A DNA stretch of 64,000 nucleotides from Candidatus Marinacidobacterales bacterium (lineage in GTDB: Bacteria > Acidobacteriota > Vicinamibacteria > Marinacidobacterales > SMYC01): contig OZ250169.1 in NCBI GenBank assembly GCA_965237955.1, forward strand, positions 640,001-704,000, in the 5' to 3' direction. The position numbers and the translations under genes are program-made. Of the stretch, positions 21,738 to 33,036 are shown piece by piece. The notes under the pieces are model-generated. The model was not told the origin of the DNA. It saw only the letters and a list, made by a program, of their open reading frames with translations, and did not search any database. Within the stretch, counting starts at the first letter, position 1. Each line of letters begins with the position of its first letter.

Positions 21738-22502
21738 CTACACAGACTTGCGTCTCCGTCCCAACGTCGCCAAGAACATGGACAAGAGCATCTTGAACAC
21801 GTAGTAGAGAGGCATGGCGCCGTCGTGCATGGAGCTGCCTCCCTGGGACGGGTGCATGACGACGGGCACTTCGGTGAGACGAAGGCCGGCGTAGTGGAGG
21901 TCGATGAGAACGTCCGCGTCGGGATAGTCGTGAGGGAACTGGCCGCCGGTGAGAGCCTCCGTCGCTTTTCGGTTCATCGCCCACAAGCCCGAGGTTGGGT
22001 CGGTGATCCGCCGGCCCGTCAGCCGCGACGCTAGCCACGAGAACAGATGGTTTCCGAGCTTGCGACCCCAAGGCGCCTGGTAGCTCGACGAGATCAGAAA
22101 CCGCGACCCGATGGTGACGTCGGCGGCATCCTCGAAGATGGGCGTGAGGACGTCGGCGAGCGAGATCGGATCGTGTTGTCCGTCTCCGTCGAGCTGAGCG
22201 ACATAGTCGTAGTGGCCTTGGACCGCGAATTGATAGCCGGTCTCGAGCGCGCTACCGTAGCCGAGGTTGAAAGAATGGCGGGCGACGATGGCTCCGGCAT
22301 CGAGAGAGCGCCCCTCGGTGTCGTCACTAGAGCCGTCGTCTACGACGAGCACATCGGCATGCAGGTGTTCGCGGTAGACTTTCTCGACGACTCCAACAAG
22401 CCGTGGTCCCTCGTTGAACGCGGGTACGATCACGAGAAGCCGGCGGCGCGACTTCGACGAGACGCGTTCCGCAGTTTCGTTGGTTGTTACACCCGTTGAC
22501 AT
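21738..22502 (-). CDS. Glycosyltransferase family 2 (copy 2)
   Basis: As 9755-10519 with one P/L difference (REHLHA vs REHPHA). Confidence 0.92.
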   Translation of the reverse strand: MSTGVTTNETAERVSSKSRRRLLVIVPAFNEGPRLVGVVEKVYREHLHADVLVVDDGSSDDTEGRSLDAGAIVARHSFNLGYGSALETGYQFAVQGHYDYVAQLDGDGQHDPISLADVLTPIFEDAADVTIGSRFLISSSYQAPWGRKLGNHLFSWLASRLTGRRITDPTSGLWAMNRKATEALTGGQFPHDYPDADVLIDLHYAGLRLTEVPVVMHPSQGGSSMHDGAMPLYYVFKMLLSMFLATLGRRRKSV

Positions 22503-22557
22503 CGTCGACTCAGAATTCTGAGGTAGTATTACACAACTCGTAGAGAGACTGCTACCC

Positions 22558-23697
22558 GTGAGAGAACTCGGCGTCGTGAACATCGGCGTGACCCGCTACG
22601 CGCTCCCGCTCGGCCCGACCGAGCTCAAGAAGATGGAGCACCTCGGTCGGCTGGCGAGCCTCCACGTCGTCGGATTCTCGCCGTCACTCCGATACCAGCG
22701 CGCATCCGAGCCGGTCGAGTTCTACTTGTTGCCGTTCGTCCCCATCGCCGCGCTCAGGCTCGTCTTACTTGTTGTCGCATCGACGGTGCTTGGGCTTCGT
22801 CTCGTCTACCGTGGGAAAGTGCAGCTCGTCTTGAGTCAAAGCCCCTACGAAGGTCTCGCCGGGATTTTCGTGCGGGGGGTCGCATGGGTGATGCGTCGTC
22901 GTGTCGTCGTCGTCACCGAAGTCCACGGTGATTGGAGCGAATCGCCCTTTCTCTATCACCGTGTCCCGTTGAGTGCCGTTTTTCGTCCTATACTCGCGGC
23001 GTGGGCGAGTTTCGTTCTGCGACGCAGTGATCGCATCCGTACTATTTCTAGATTTTTGGAGCGGCGGATCGCCGCGGTGGCGCCCGAAGTCCCGCTGCAT
23101 CGCTTTCCCGGGTACACCGATTTCGAGCTCTTCGACGACGCGACCGAGCCGTCACGTTCCGACACCCGGGTGTTGTCGGTGGGTGCGCTCTACCCGGTGA
23201 AGGGCTTCGATACCCTGATCCGGGCGATGAAGCAGGTAACGTCTAAACGGCCGGAGGCGACGCTCCATCTCGCGGGCGACGGTCCGATGAAACGCGCGCT
23301 CCGTGAACATGCGGCGCATCTCGGGGTCGAAGCGTCTCTCAGGCTTCTCGGCTCATTGTCACCGACCGATCTTCGAAAAGAGTATCGCAGTGCTCGACTG
23401 TTCGTGCTGCCTTCTTTGTCCGAAGGGTTGGGGCGTGTCGTGTGGGAGGCGATGGCGTGCGGGCTTCCCGTGGTTGCGTCCGATGTCGGCGGCATCCCCG
23501 AGCTCGTCGAGAACGAGCAGACGGGCTTTCTCGTACCTCCTGGAGACGAGGACGCTGTCGCCGAGCGCATCCTGTGGCTGTTCGAGCATCCGAGAGAGGC
23601 CGAAGCGATGGGTGCCCGAGGCAAGCAATCGGCGAAAAATCTCTACTCCACCGAAAGCTACATCGAAGGCTACCGAGCGTTGTTCCAGGCGTCTTGA
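22558..23697 (+). CDS. Glycosyltransferase family 4 (copy 2)
   Basis: Identical protein to 8560-9699. Confidence 0.92.
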   Translation: MRELGVVNIGVTRYALPLGPTELKKMEHLGRLASLHVVGFSPSLRYQRASEPVEFYLLPFVPIAALRLVLLVVASTVLGLRLVYRGKVQLVLSQSPYEGLAGIFVRGVAWVMRRRVVVVTEVHGDWSESPFLYHRVPLSAVFRPILAAWASFVLRRSDRIRTISRFLERRIAAVAPEVPLHRFPGYTDFELFDDATEPSRSDTRVLSVGALYPVKGFDTLIRAMKQVTSKRPEATLHLAGDGPMKRALREHAAHLGVEASLRLLGSLSPTDLRKEYRSARLFVLPSLSEGLGRVVWEAMACGLPVVASDVGGIPELVENEQTGFLVPPGDEDAVAERILWLFEHPREAEAMGARGKQSAKNLYSTESYIEGYRALFQAS

Positions 23698-24833
23698 AGA
23701 AGTTGTGCCGTACGCGCGACCATCTTCTCCCACGTAAAATCTTCCGCGCGTCGTTTGCCTCTTGCGCCGAGGCGTGCTCGCAGCGGCGGATCGGCGAGAA
23801 GCTTTCGGATGGCGGCTTCCGCCCCTCGTGGATCCGGCGACACCAGGAGTCCGCTGTCGGCGTCTCCGACGAGCTCGGGGTTACCCCCGCAGCGAGATGC
23901 GACGACGGGAAGCTCCGATTGCATCGCTTCCAACAACAGATGCGAAAAACCTTCATAGGTGGACACCAGCACGAACACGTCGCTGGCGCAGAGATGCATC
24001 GCGAGGTCGGTCGGCGCGCGCGCGCCCAAGAGCTGAACAGCGTCGTCGAGCTTGAGCTTTTGGACGCGCTCAAGGAGAGCTGTCTCGCACGGTCCCGAGC
24101 CGGCGATCAGAAGGCGTGCGCGTGGATGATCTCGCAAGATCGCCGGCATTGAATCGATGATGTGCTCGTACCCTTTCCACGGCACCAGTCGGCCGGCGCT
24201 GATCAGAATCGGATCTCCGTCGAGCTCTAGCCGCGCGCGCGCGTCTTCTCGAGTCAGGCGCGTTTCCGGCTTGGGCCGGGCGCCGTTCTCGATGACGTGG
24301 ACCCGCTCGCTAGGAACGCCCCAACCGATGACAAGATTCTTCAGATAGTGCGACGGGGTGATGACGGCGCCGGCGCGGCGGGCGACGAAACGCTGGGCTT
24401 TCCGCATCGATTCCACTAGCGTTCCGTAGCGCTTCGTTTGGAAGTCGTCGACGTCGTCATCGACGATGCCGTCGGCGCGGCCGATCTCCCACGCGAGGTC
24501 GCCGACGACTTTGAGTACGGTAGGCTTTCGCCGTGAGAGCGCTGCGAGCGTAGCCGGTAGGCCGACGCTAACCGGATCTTGAATGTAGGCGAGGTCGGCT
24601 CGTGCGAGCGCTTTCCGCACCGACACGAAATACGACCCGTAGCGTTGCGGCAAGCTTTGATTCCGGGAGACGCGAGCCACCGAAAACATGACCTCGTCGG
24701 AAGACGCCTCTCCATAGGTGACCACCTCGACGCCAAAGCCTCGTTTACAAAGCTCGGGAGCCAAACCTGCCACATACGTGGCCGGCCCCCCGATATCCGG
24801 AGGAAAGATGCCCGTCGCGAGAAGGAGATTCAT
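23670..24833 (-). CDS. Glycosyltransferase family 4 (copy 2)
   Basis: Identical protein to 7424-8587. Confidence 0.93.
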   Translation of the reverse strand: MNLLLATGIFPPDIGGPATYVAGLAPELCKRGFGVEVVTYGEASSDEVMFSVARVSRNQSLPQRYGSYFVSVRKALARADLAYIQDPVSVGLPATLAALSRRKPTVLKVVGDLAWEIGRADGIVDDDVDDFQTKRYGTLVESMRKAQRFVARRAGAVITPSHYLKNLVIGWGVPSERVHVIENGARPKPETRLTREDARARLELDGDPILISAGRLVPWKGYEHIIDSMPAILRDHPRARLLIAGSGPCETALLERVQKLKLDDAVQLLGARAPTDLAMHLCASDVFVLVSTYEGFSHLLLEAMQSELPVVASRCGGNPELVGDADSGLLVSPDPRGAEAAIRKLLADPPLRARLGARGKRRAEDFTWEKMVARTAQLLQDAWNNAR

Positions 24834-24836
24834 GGC

Positions 24837-25967
24837 TCAGAGTAGCTCCTCGTACACCGCAGCGATCCGATCGGCCACCTGGTCCCAACGGTAGCGCGCT
24901 TGCACGAGGCGAAGCCCCCCGACGCGCAGATTTTGAGAAAGAGCGTGGTCGGTGAACAAGCGCCCGATGGCGCCGGCTACGCTTTCAGGATCGTTAGGCT
25001 TGCAGAAAAGCCCGGTCACTTCGGGATCGAGAAAGTCGGGGATACCTCCCACCGGTGTCGCTACGACAGGAACTCCCGACGCCATCGCTTCGAGAAAAGC
25101 ACTGCCGAGCCCTTCGCTACGCGATGGCCGCACGAACGCGTGGGCCAGCCGGAGATAGTCGGCCGTCTCCTCGTGAGGCACCTCACCTACGAGTACGACG
25201 GCGTCGCTCACACCGAGCTCGTCCGCTTTGCATTCGAGATGCCGCTTTTCCAGGCCGGTGCCGACGAGCACGAGCGCGACGTCGGGATGCTCTCGTCGCA
25301 GCCGGGGCATCGCCTCCACGAGAGTGTCCAACCCGTTTTTGGAAACGAGACGCGACACTGAGACGACGACGCGCTTTCCATCGAGACCCAACCGGGTCCG
25401 AAGCTTTGCGCTCGCGTCACTTTCGCCGGGGCGGAAGACTTCGGTATCGACACCGTTCGGGATCACCCGGATGGTCTCGGTGTCGGCGCCATAGGTGATC
25501 GCTTGTTGTTCGAGAAAACGGCTGATCGCGTGGACCCGATCGAACGAACGGTGCAACCACGGATAGACCGGGAACAGCAGCCGCAAGTACTCTCGGGCGT
25601 AGTCTTCGGTGTCGCCTTCTTGGAGGGTCAGAAGCGTGGGCACGCGTTTCATCTTCGAGAACAAATACGCTGCCACCGCTGACGCGTTCACCATGATCGC
25701 GTGAACGAGATCGACGTGCTCGGACGCGAGCGCCCATTTGAGAGCGAACAGTGGATACATGAATTTGTCGGAGCGATTGCCGAGGCCGACACGCACGACG
25801 CTCACGCGCTCGCTCTCGTCGATTGCCGCCAACTTGCGGTCGGCTCGCGCAGTTACGATCACAAAGCGGAAGCGGTAGCCGAGCCGGTCGGTAATCGCTT
25901 TGACGAAGAGCTCGGCGCCGCCGATGAACGGAAGGTAGAACCAGCTGAAGATGACGATCGTCTTCAT
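24837..25967 (-). CDS. Glycosyltransferase family 4 (copy 2)
   Basis: Identical protein to 6290-7420. Confidence 0.93.
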   Translation of the reverse strand: MKTIVIFSWFYLPFIGGAELFVKAITDRLGYRFRFVIVTARADRKLAAIDESERVSVVRVGLGNRSDKFMYPLFALKWALASEHVDLVHAIMVNASAVAAYLFSKMKRVPTLLTLQEGDTEDYAREYLRLLFPVYPWLHRSFDRVHAISRFLEQQAITYGADTETIRVIPNGVDTEVFRPGESDASAKLRTRLGLDGKRVVVSVSRLVSKNGLDTLVEAMPRLRREHPDVALVLVGTGLEKRHLECKADELGVSDAVVLVGEVPHEETADYLRLAHAFVRPSRSEGLGSAFLEAMASGVPVVATPVGGIPDFLDPEVTGLFCKPNDPESVAGAIGRLFTDHALSQNLRVGGLRLVQARYRWDQVADRIAAVYEELL

Positions 25968-27100
25968 GGTTCGGTCGACGTGGTCTCGAGGATCGTCACG
26001 AGCTCTTTGGCGAGCTCGTCCATGCGGTAGTGATCGTGGATAACTTGCCGGGCTCGCTCGCCCAGGCTCCGCCTGAGCTCACCGTCGTTCACAAGCTTTT
26101 CGAGCGCTTCCTCGAGTGCTTTGGGATCCCCCGGCGGCACGAGCAACCCCGCCTCGCCGGGCGATTCGCTGAAAAGATAGGGGATACCGCCGACCTCTGT
26201 GGCCACGCACGCGCACCCGGACGCCATCGCTTCCATGAGTCCGCTCGGAAGTCCTTCGGACAACGAAGCGAGGACGAAGACGTCGACCTTCACTAGGATA
26301 CCGGGAACGTCGTCACGGTGCCCGAGAAAACGGATGCGAGTACTCTGGTAGCGCTCGACGACATCGTCCTTACCGGTGACGTCGCCCACGAAAATAAAAT
26401 GCACGTTCGCGTGGCGCGCGGTTAAAGTTGCGGCCGCGCCGAGGATGAAGTCATACGCTTTGACCGACTCCAGCCGGCCCACGTACGCGACCCAGATCGC
26501 GCCGTCCTCTTTCTCCAGATCCGCAGGCGGCCTCGGACTCTCGTAGCGATGCATCTCGACGCCGTACGGGTGCACGACGAAACGAAGGCCCATCCGCTCC
26601 GCCGTCGGCACCAACCCTCGGTGCAACAGAACGACGTGATCGGCGAGGCGAAGCACCAAGAACCCAACGGTGCGCGCGTACACCCATAGCACCGCGTTGA
26701 CGAGTCGTGAACGACTGAACCAGTCGATGCCTGGAAACGTGTCGGTGACGACAACGACGCGCTTGCCCATCGCTTTCAGCAAAACCACCGCGAGCGACGC
26801 GTGGTACATGTGGGTGAACACGAGAAAATGCGTCGGTACCTCCTGTAGAACGACTTTCCACAGACGCGCCGACAAGAACGGGATGATCCCGAAGTTGGCA
26901 GGGTCGGGGATGAACAAGTCTCTGTAGCGGTAGATTTTCAGATGAGAGCCCACCTTTTCGAGGAACGGCTGGCCTTCGGAGCGCGCCGTGAACACGATGA
27001 CGTTGACGCCGATACGGGCCAAGCTGTGCGCGGTCTTGTAAGCGCTGATGTTCCACCGGTGGGGCTCGAAGAAGTAGGGTGTAACGAGCAAGATTTTCAT
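25964..27100 (-). CDS. Glycosyltransferase family 4 (copy 2)
   Basis: Identical protein to 5157-6293. Confidence 0.92.
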   Translation of the reverse strand: MKILLVTPYFFEPHRWNISAYKTAHSLARIGVNVIVFTARSEGQPFLEKVGSHLKIYRYRDLFIPDPANFGIIPFLSARLWKVVLQEVPTHFLVFTHMYHASLAVVLLKAMGKRVVVVTDTFPGIDWFSRSRLVNAVLWVYARTVGFLVLRLADHVVLLHRGLVPTAERMGLRFVVHPYGVEMHRYESPRPPADLEKEDGAIWVAYVGRLESVKAYDFILGAAATLTARHANVHFIFVGDVTGKDDVVERYQSTRIRFLGHRDDVPGILVKVDVFVLASLSEGLPSGLMEAMASGCACVATEVGGIPYLFSESPGEAGLLVPPGDPKALEEALEKLVNDGELRRSLGERARQVIHDHYRMDELAKELVTILETTSTEP

Positions 27101-27154
27101 CGAAGGGGAAGCGTTGGGCACTAGCGCGAGCGGCGCCAATTGAAGCCCGCATCA

Positions 27155-27967
27155 TTAATTAGAGACTTGACTAGAGGCTTGTCGCGTCGCCTTGGGGTGG
27201 TACTCCCAATTCGGGATGGCGCGACTGATGTAGGTCGAGCCGTCGACGAGGCTCGCCAGCGGAGGGACCCTGTTGAAGAGGCTGGAGGGGCCGGGAAACG
27301 ACGGCGTGACCTCGACAGTCTCGATGGTCTCGAATCCGGCTCGCTCACACGTGAACGCGACCGTCGACGGTGTGAACGCATTGATGTCGTCGCTCGCCAA
27401 ATAGCCGACGAAGTATCTTCCGATCCACGGAAGCCGGTGGAGAGCGAGACCGCCGACGGACGAGATCGCCGGCACGAACAGAACCAAGAGTCCGCTCGGC
27501 TCGAGAAGCTGGTGGACTTTGCGCAGGAACCGATGAGGCGATTCGACGTGCTCGAGCACCGCTCCACACCACACCAAACCGCTTCGACTTTGGGGAGGTC
27601 GAACACGTCGTTTCTGACGAAGTCGCCCTCGAACACGGTGAGCCCCAGCCTCTGCGGGAAGTCGGACTCTCGGTCGTCGAACTCCACCCTGTAGGCATCC
27701 TCGTGGCAGTGCACCAAGTTCATCCCGTAGCTACACCCAAGATCGCAAAGCCGGAGCCTGGTGAGACCGTATTTGCGGTCGGCCTCTTTGAAAAACGTGT
27801 CGGGGGGCGGTTTTGAACCATTTCTCGAAGATGCGCTCGTTCCCCGCGGAATCGAAGCTCCCATGGTGGTCGATGACGAAGCGCCGAAGCGCGTTCTCGC
27901 TTAGAGCAGCTTGGGACCGCGCGGTCTCGGTGCTAGCGGGCGGCGTGGGTACTCGGGTCGAAGTCAT
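27155..27967 (-). pseudogene. SAM methyltransferase, frameshifted (copy 2)
   Basis: Mirror of 4290-5102. Confidence 0.8.
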
Positions 27968-28420
27968 AGCATGAACACGCTTTGCTCTTCGAGGTTGCTT
28001 GTAACGTCACGGATTGTAGCATACTCCTTTTGATCGCGTTCAGCCCCAAAGCGGCCGCCATGTACTCGAAGAGCTTCATCGGCGACATCGGCTCAGCCTA
28101 GTCAGCGGCATCGGGAAACGGCGTCGCCGCAACGTCGAAGGCTCGGCTCCAAAGAGGTACTTGCTCGTAGGGGACACGGTCTAAGAACAGCAGACGTTCG
28201 TCCGCCACACCGTGTTCTCGCGCGACGCCGCGATAACTGTCGATGGCGCTCATCGGCCCCCCGTCAACGAGCTCTTGACCAACGGTTGCGATCCCGGCAC
28301 GGTGGGACAGTACCCGGACATGTACCTGCTGTGGGATCTAACGATCGCGATCCACTTGGAGTTCGACAGCGGCTTCCCCGAGATCCGTGACCGCTTTGAT
28401 CCAGTGTTCGAAGAGGGCCA

Positions 28421-29196
28421 CTACGCCGTCTTTCGAATCAACCCACCGCAGTGACATTTCTTGCCCGGATCGCCGCCAAGAACGACAACCCCGGAAAAGG
28501 CAATAACGCATCGAGCACGCCGACGAGCCAACCCCCACGACTGAGGATGGCGGTTCACCAACCGAAACGCGAGCGGAAGCGTCGGGAAAATGCCGCGCCG
28601 GGACTCGATGCGGAAGCCTGCCGCATGAAGAAGCTCTTCGTACTCCGCACGCGGCCGATCGCCGGGATGCCGGTGAACGGCGGATGTCCGCATCAGCTTG
28701 CCGGTGAACAACAGCTTTAACCGGCTGTGCAAGTGCGCGAGGTTGGGCACGCTCATCAGCAGTACCCCGTCGTCCGTCAGCACACGGGCAACCTCCGAGA
28801 GGGCCTTCAGCTGATCGAGAAGCTCGACGTGCGCGAGTACATCAAGCAACAGCACGACATCGAAACGTCCGTCGTCGAACGGCAGCGCCCGAAGATAGGC
28901 TTTCTTCACCGCTTCCGACTCGTACGCCGTGTCGACGAGGGCTATGTGGGGCGGAGCGACCTGCCACACGTGTGGTGCTATCCGTGGGTGTTGCGGCACG
29001 AGGTGGAAGCGGCCGACTACGAGATCCTTCGATTCAAGGCTCCCAGTATCCCCCGTGCCTTATCTCGCGTCGGTGCTCCCCGGCGCCCTTTGGATGCGGT
29101 CGCAGATCGATCGTCTGAGAGAGGCGTGCCTTTTTTTCGCTCTTTGGGTTACGGTAGCATCGTCGTCGCTCGCAAGCATCCATCGGAGAGTCCATG
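28421..29196 (-). pseudogene. SAM methyltransferase remnant (copy 2)
   Basis: Mirror of 3063-3836. Confidence 0.7.
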
Positions 29197-29246
29197 ATGC
29201 GATGGCCTCTCGAATGCGGCTCCGCCGATAGGCTCGAACGGTAACG

Positions 29247-29844
29247 ATGAGCCCGCTCCTGCTGCTCATCTGGGGAGTGGCCTTGCTTTTCGTACCGGGC
29301 TATCTCATCGCTTTTTGTTTCGCCAAACCTGGAGAGACCCATGGTCGCGGCGAGATTGTGGCCTTCGTCATCGCGTGGGGCGCGGGTTGGCTGACGCTGC
29401 TCGGCATCGTCCTGCGCGCGTTGAATCTTCTATCGGCGGGCTGGCTCGTGGGCGTTACGATCGTCTTCGTCGCCCTCACCGCCTATTGTCTTCGGCGACG
29501 CGCACCACTCGCGCTTCGACCCACAGGGACGCTTTTTTTGGCTCTTCCTGATTGCCGTCCTCGCTTATGAGGCATCCATGCTGTGGGAAGTGAGGGACAA
29601 CACCTTCGGTACGGACAGCTATTACTGGGCCGGGGCGGCGACGCGGCTAGCGAGCGAGACACCTGTTGGCGTTGACGCCGCCTATCCCATCTTTCGATCG
29701 AACCCCACGGGCTACGCCTATCTCCTCGCCACGGCCGCCGCCATCGTCCCGGATCTGTACGAGGGGGAAAACGTCGTGGTCGTGGCGCTTTTTGGCAGCC
29801 GTCTCTCGAGAACCCTCGCCGCCAGCTCGGCCGCTCTTTTTACT
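29247..29844 (+). pseudogene. Split membrane protein (copy 2), interrupted by ISL3 derivative
   Basis: Mirror of 2394-3012. Confidence 0.55.
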
Positions 29845-30505
29845 GGGTCTACGCGGATTCGTGTGGGTAAGTTCTGACGGAAAAACAGTGTAACTCATTG
29901 TGTGGAAAAGGTATCGAGTACTTCATCAGGTGCTGAAAAGTGGTCCATTTTTAGGATAGGCTAACCGAGTGAAAAATTCCCAGTCGATCCGCTCGCTGTT
30001 TGCGCTGCCAGGTTTCGTGGTGTGCCGGATTGAAGGGTCTATTCGGTGACCGATACGCCCGCGTCATCCAGCTCAAGAGGCGAAAAAAACAGCTGTGTGC
30101 TCTTACTGTGGGCAACGGTGCCGGGGGCGCTATGACAAGCAAGTGTGCCGGGTCCGCGACCTGTCGTTGGCAGGCTGGCGGATCTATCTGGAATACGAGC
30201 GTTGGCGCGTCAACTGTCCTGGGTGCGGCGGTTTGCATGTAGAACACCTGGACTGGCTGGCGAACAACTCGCGCTACACCTAGCGTTTTGCGACGCATGT
30301 GGGCAAGCTGTGCCGGACAAGGCGGTGGCCGAGATGGAACGTCTGCGCCTCCTAGTTGAAGGGGTCAACAACAAAATCCGTGTGCTGCAACGACGCGCCT
30401 ACGGCTATCGCGACGAGGAATATCTCAAGCTGAAGATCGTGGCGGCTTTCCTTCCGCCATTACCCAGAAATGCCGTCTTCAACCCACACGAATCCGCGTA
30501 GACCC
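29845..30505 (+). mobile_element. Internally deleted ISL3-family element (661 bp)
   Basis: 24-bp IR GGGTCTACGCGGATTCGTGTGGGT; 8-bp TSD TTTTTACT; zinc-finger piece CSYCG...VRDL...CPGCG joined to EGVNNKIRVLQRRAYGYRD; empty site at ~2415. Confidence 0.92.
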
Positions 30506-30638
30506 TTTTTACTTTGCTGGTTTTGATCGGGTAGTTACCTCAGGACTGGTACAAAAGCTCCTACGCTACTTGCCGGCTCATCGCTACTACACGTTCTATC
30601 CTCTGTCGGCGATCGTCTAGCTCGCGGCGATGGCCGAG

Positions 30639-30900
30639 CACGAGGCGTTCCCGCACGTCCTACTGGAAGCAGCCATGGCGGAAGGCCTCGTCCCCCGCCC
30701 CCGGTGCGAATTCCGTCGGTGGCGTGCCGGAGATCGTCGATGACGGCGTCCACAGCCTCCTAGCACCGGTCGACGAGCCGGGACGTTTTTAGAAAAAGCC
30801 GTGTCGGACCTCCTGTCGGTTCGAAACGCCGTCAGCAGCTGTCGAGCCGTGCCAGAGAACGCGCGCGCGATTTCGACTGTGACGAGACGTTGAGAAGAAC
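30639..30900 (+). pseudogene. GT4 C-terminal remnant
   Basis: HEAFPHVLLEAAMA...SVGGVPEIVDDG; 30639-30839 is missing from the left arm. Confidence 0.6.
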
Positions 30901-31223
30901 GATCGAGGTGCTCGAAGAGACCTTCTGATGACAGGCCGCTGATGAGCGCGTCCGCCGCGTGCCGAGCGGCAGCCATCGCATCTGCTGAGAGACCGGCCCA
31001 ATCGTCCCGTTGGGGCTACTCGACAGAATGAGATGTCGGCGGGCCGCTTCGAATGGCTGCTAACGCCGAAAATGGGGGAACAGCACACCGAGCGCAACCC
31101 TCAGCCGCGGAGTAGCGCGAAGTCCCGAAGCGGTAGCGAGCCGCGAGGAGCCGAGTTGAGATGATAAATGCCCGAAGCGCTGCACGTGAACGAGGAGTGG
31201 GCGCGCGATAATGCACTAGAAGC

Positions 31224-32906
31224 TTATTCGATCAGATAGATCGTCACCAGGCGGTTCTCGAACACCCGCTCGTAGCGTTGTTCCAATTCGAGCGTCTGGC
31301 GCGTGAGCCCGATGGCCGCCTCTAACTCATGGCTGTACACCACGTGTGTGACACGAAACGGCAGGCCGTCCTGACCATCGGGGGAGGAGAGCAGAGCGTC
31401 CAGATACTCTCGACCCTTCCGATAGGGCACGAGAACTTGACGGCCCGTCAGCGCCGGGATCCAAAACGCGGCGATGCCGTCCGCAACGAGCACGTCCGTA
31501 CCTTTGGTCGCCTCGAGCACCCAGTCTCGAAGCTCGACAACCGGGCCCGGCAACGGCTCTCGGGCAACGCGGAAATGCCCGTCCATGATCTCCGGATTGC
31601 GCCAGTACGGAGCGACGAGGGGCGTGACGACGAGGATCACCACGAGCGTCGACGCCGCGACCGACACGCTGGCCCGCGGCATCCGGGATGCGATGAGTTC
31701 GAGTAGCCGCCAGGCTCCCACTCCCGCCGCAACGGAGAGCACGAAGTCGAGAAAATAGTAGAACTCGTCTGCCTCTCGCGCCTGTGCGGTGAGATAGCCG
31801 ACGTAGTTGACGCCCCAGAGCAGGTAGGCCGAGAGGAGAAGTGCCAGCCACAGCAGATCCCGCTTCAGACCCCCCCGCCACCAGACCGACGCCCCGACGA
31901 TCGCCAGAAAGAAGAGGAGCGCACGGTCGAACGTGACCAGCAGCAGGAGTGAGCTTCCCACCGGGCGCATGTCACCCCAGGCGCTTCGGGAGGGCACCTC
32001 GGGATCGACCACCGTGGAGTCGATGCGGATGGCATGGGGGTGCTGTCGATAGATGATGGAAATGTAAGGGGCAACCGCGATGGCGCTCAATATCCAGAGA
32101 ATCAGCACGCTCCGGAGCTCGCCGCCAGAGCTCTTCCTCTGTTGGAGAAAATGCAAAACGAGGTAGGTGCCGAGCCCAAAGCAGAAAAACGCCCAGTGAA
32201 CGATAAACGCCCAGCCGAGGAGTGACAGGAGAACCGCTGCCTTTGCGAGCCACAGCTTCCGCCGGCTGGCGATGCCCCCGATGAGCAGCGGAATGAAAAC
32301 GAACCCGAGAGTGTGGTTCGGCTTCAGAAAGAAGTTCTTGGCGTAGAAGTCGCGAAAGGGAGCCAAGTAGTCGAGTGGCCCGCTCGACACCAGGAGAGCG
32401 AAGGCCACCACGACCAAGGCTCTGAGCTCGCTTCCGCTTTCTTCATCCTCCCGGCGTCGGAAGTGCAGAAAGAGCACCAATCCGAGCATCAGGGGAATGA
32501 CGAGCGACACGAGGGCATAGACCACCGGTGCAAACTCGGGGTGTCCGAAGCAGAGGCCTCCCGCCACCAGTGCCCACAAGGGCTCAAGGGTCAAGTCTCC
32601 GACCCGGCCGGTGCTCAGGGGGGAATTACCGGCGGCCACGGAGGCGACCCAGCTGAGATTGCGCAGTCGATCGCCCGGCGCTTGGAGACCGTAGATCCGG
32701 GCCAGCGGATAGAACGTCGTGAGCCAGCCCACGACGACGAGCACCGCGATTCCCATCGCCAATATCGTCCAGCGCTTTTGACGGAAGAAGAGCAGAAAAG
32801 AGATCGTCACGACCCCGATGGTCACCAGACGCATCGCCGCGACGAAGTTCGCCAGGTCGAGTTCGCTGATGTCGAAGCCGAAGAGATTCAAATCAGTTGC
32901 CCTCAA
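31224..32906 (-). CDS. Multipass membrane protein, GT-C-like putative glycosyltransferase (intact copy)
   Basis: 560 aa with many TM helices and a soluble C-terminal domain; sits in a glycosylation locus. Confidence 0.75.
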   Translation of the reverse strand: MRATDLNLFGFDISELDLANFVAAMRLVTIGVVTISFLLFFRQKRWTILAMGIAVLVVVGWLTTFYPLARIYGLQAPGDRLRNLSWVASVAAGNSPLSTGRVGDLTLEPLWALVAGGLCFGHPEFAPVVYALVSLVIPLMLGLVLFLHFRRREDEESGSELRALVVVAFALLVSSGPLDYLAPFRDFYAKNFFLKPNHTLGFVFIPLLIGGIASRRKLWLAKAAVLLSLLGWAFIVHWAFFCFGLGTYLVLHFLQQRKSSGGELRSVLILWILSAIAVAPYISIIYRQHPHAIRIDSTVVDPEVPSRSAWGDMRPVGSSLLLLVTFDRALLFFLAIVGASVWWRGGLKRDLLWLALLLSAYLLWGVNYVGYLTAQAREADEFYYFLDFVLSVAAGVGAWRLLELIASRMPRASVSVAASTLVVILVVTPLVAPYWRNPEIMDGHFRVAREPLPGPVVELRDWVLEATKGTDVLVADGIAAFWIPALTGRQVLVPYRKGREYLDALLSSPDGQDGLPFRVTHVVYSHELEAAIGLTRQTLELEQRYERVFENRLVTIYLIE

Positions 32907-33036
32907 GGGCGAGATGAAAGAGGCTCCGATAGCCCTCGATATAGCGCTCCGTCAAATAGACGCCTTGCATCTCTCGCCGGCCCGAGGCTCCCATCGCCTC
33001 GGTACGCTCCGGATGTTCCAGGATCCAGATCACGGT

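Larger units (their letters stand above)
21246..33036. repeat. Right arm of ~11-kb inverted duplication
   Basis: Reverse complement of 92-11011 plus an ISL3 derivative and ~200 bp absent from the left arm. Confidence 0.97.

Noticed and set aside
21246-33036. Inverted duplication as a pure assembly artefact
   Set aside because: Arm-specific insertion with TSD, deletion, frameshift and SNPs argue for real copies, though read confirmation is still needed
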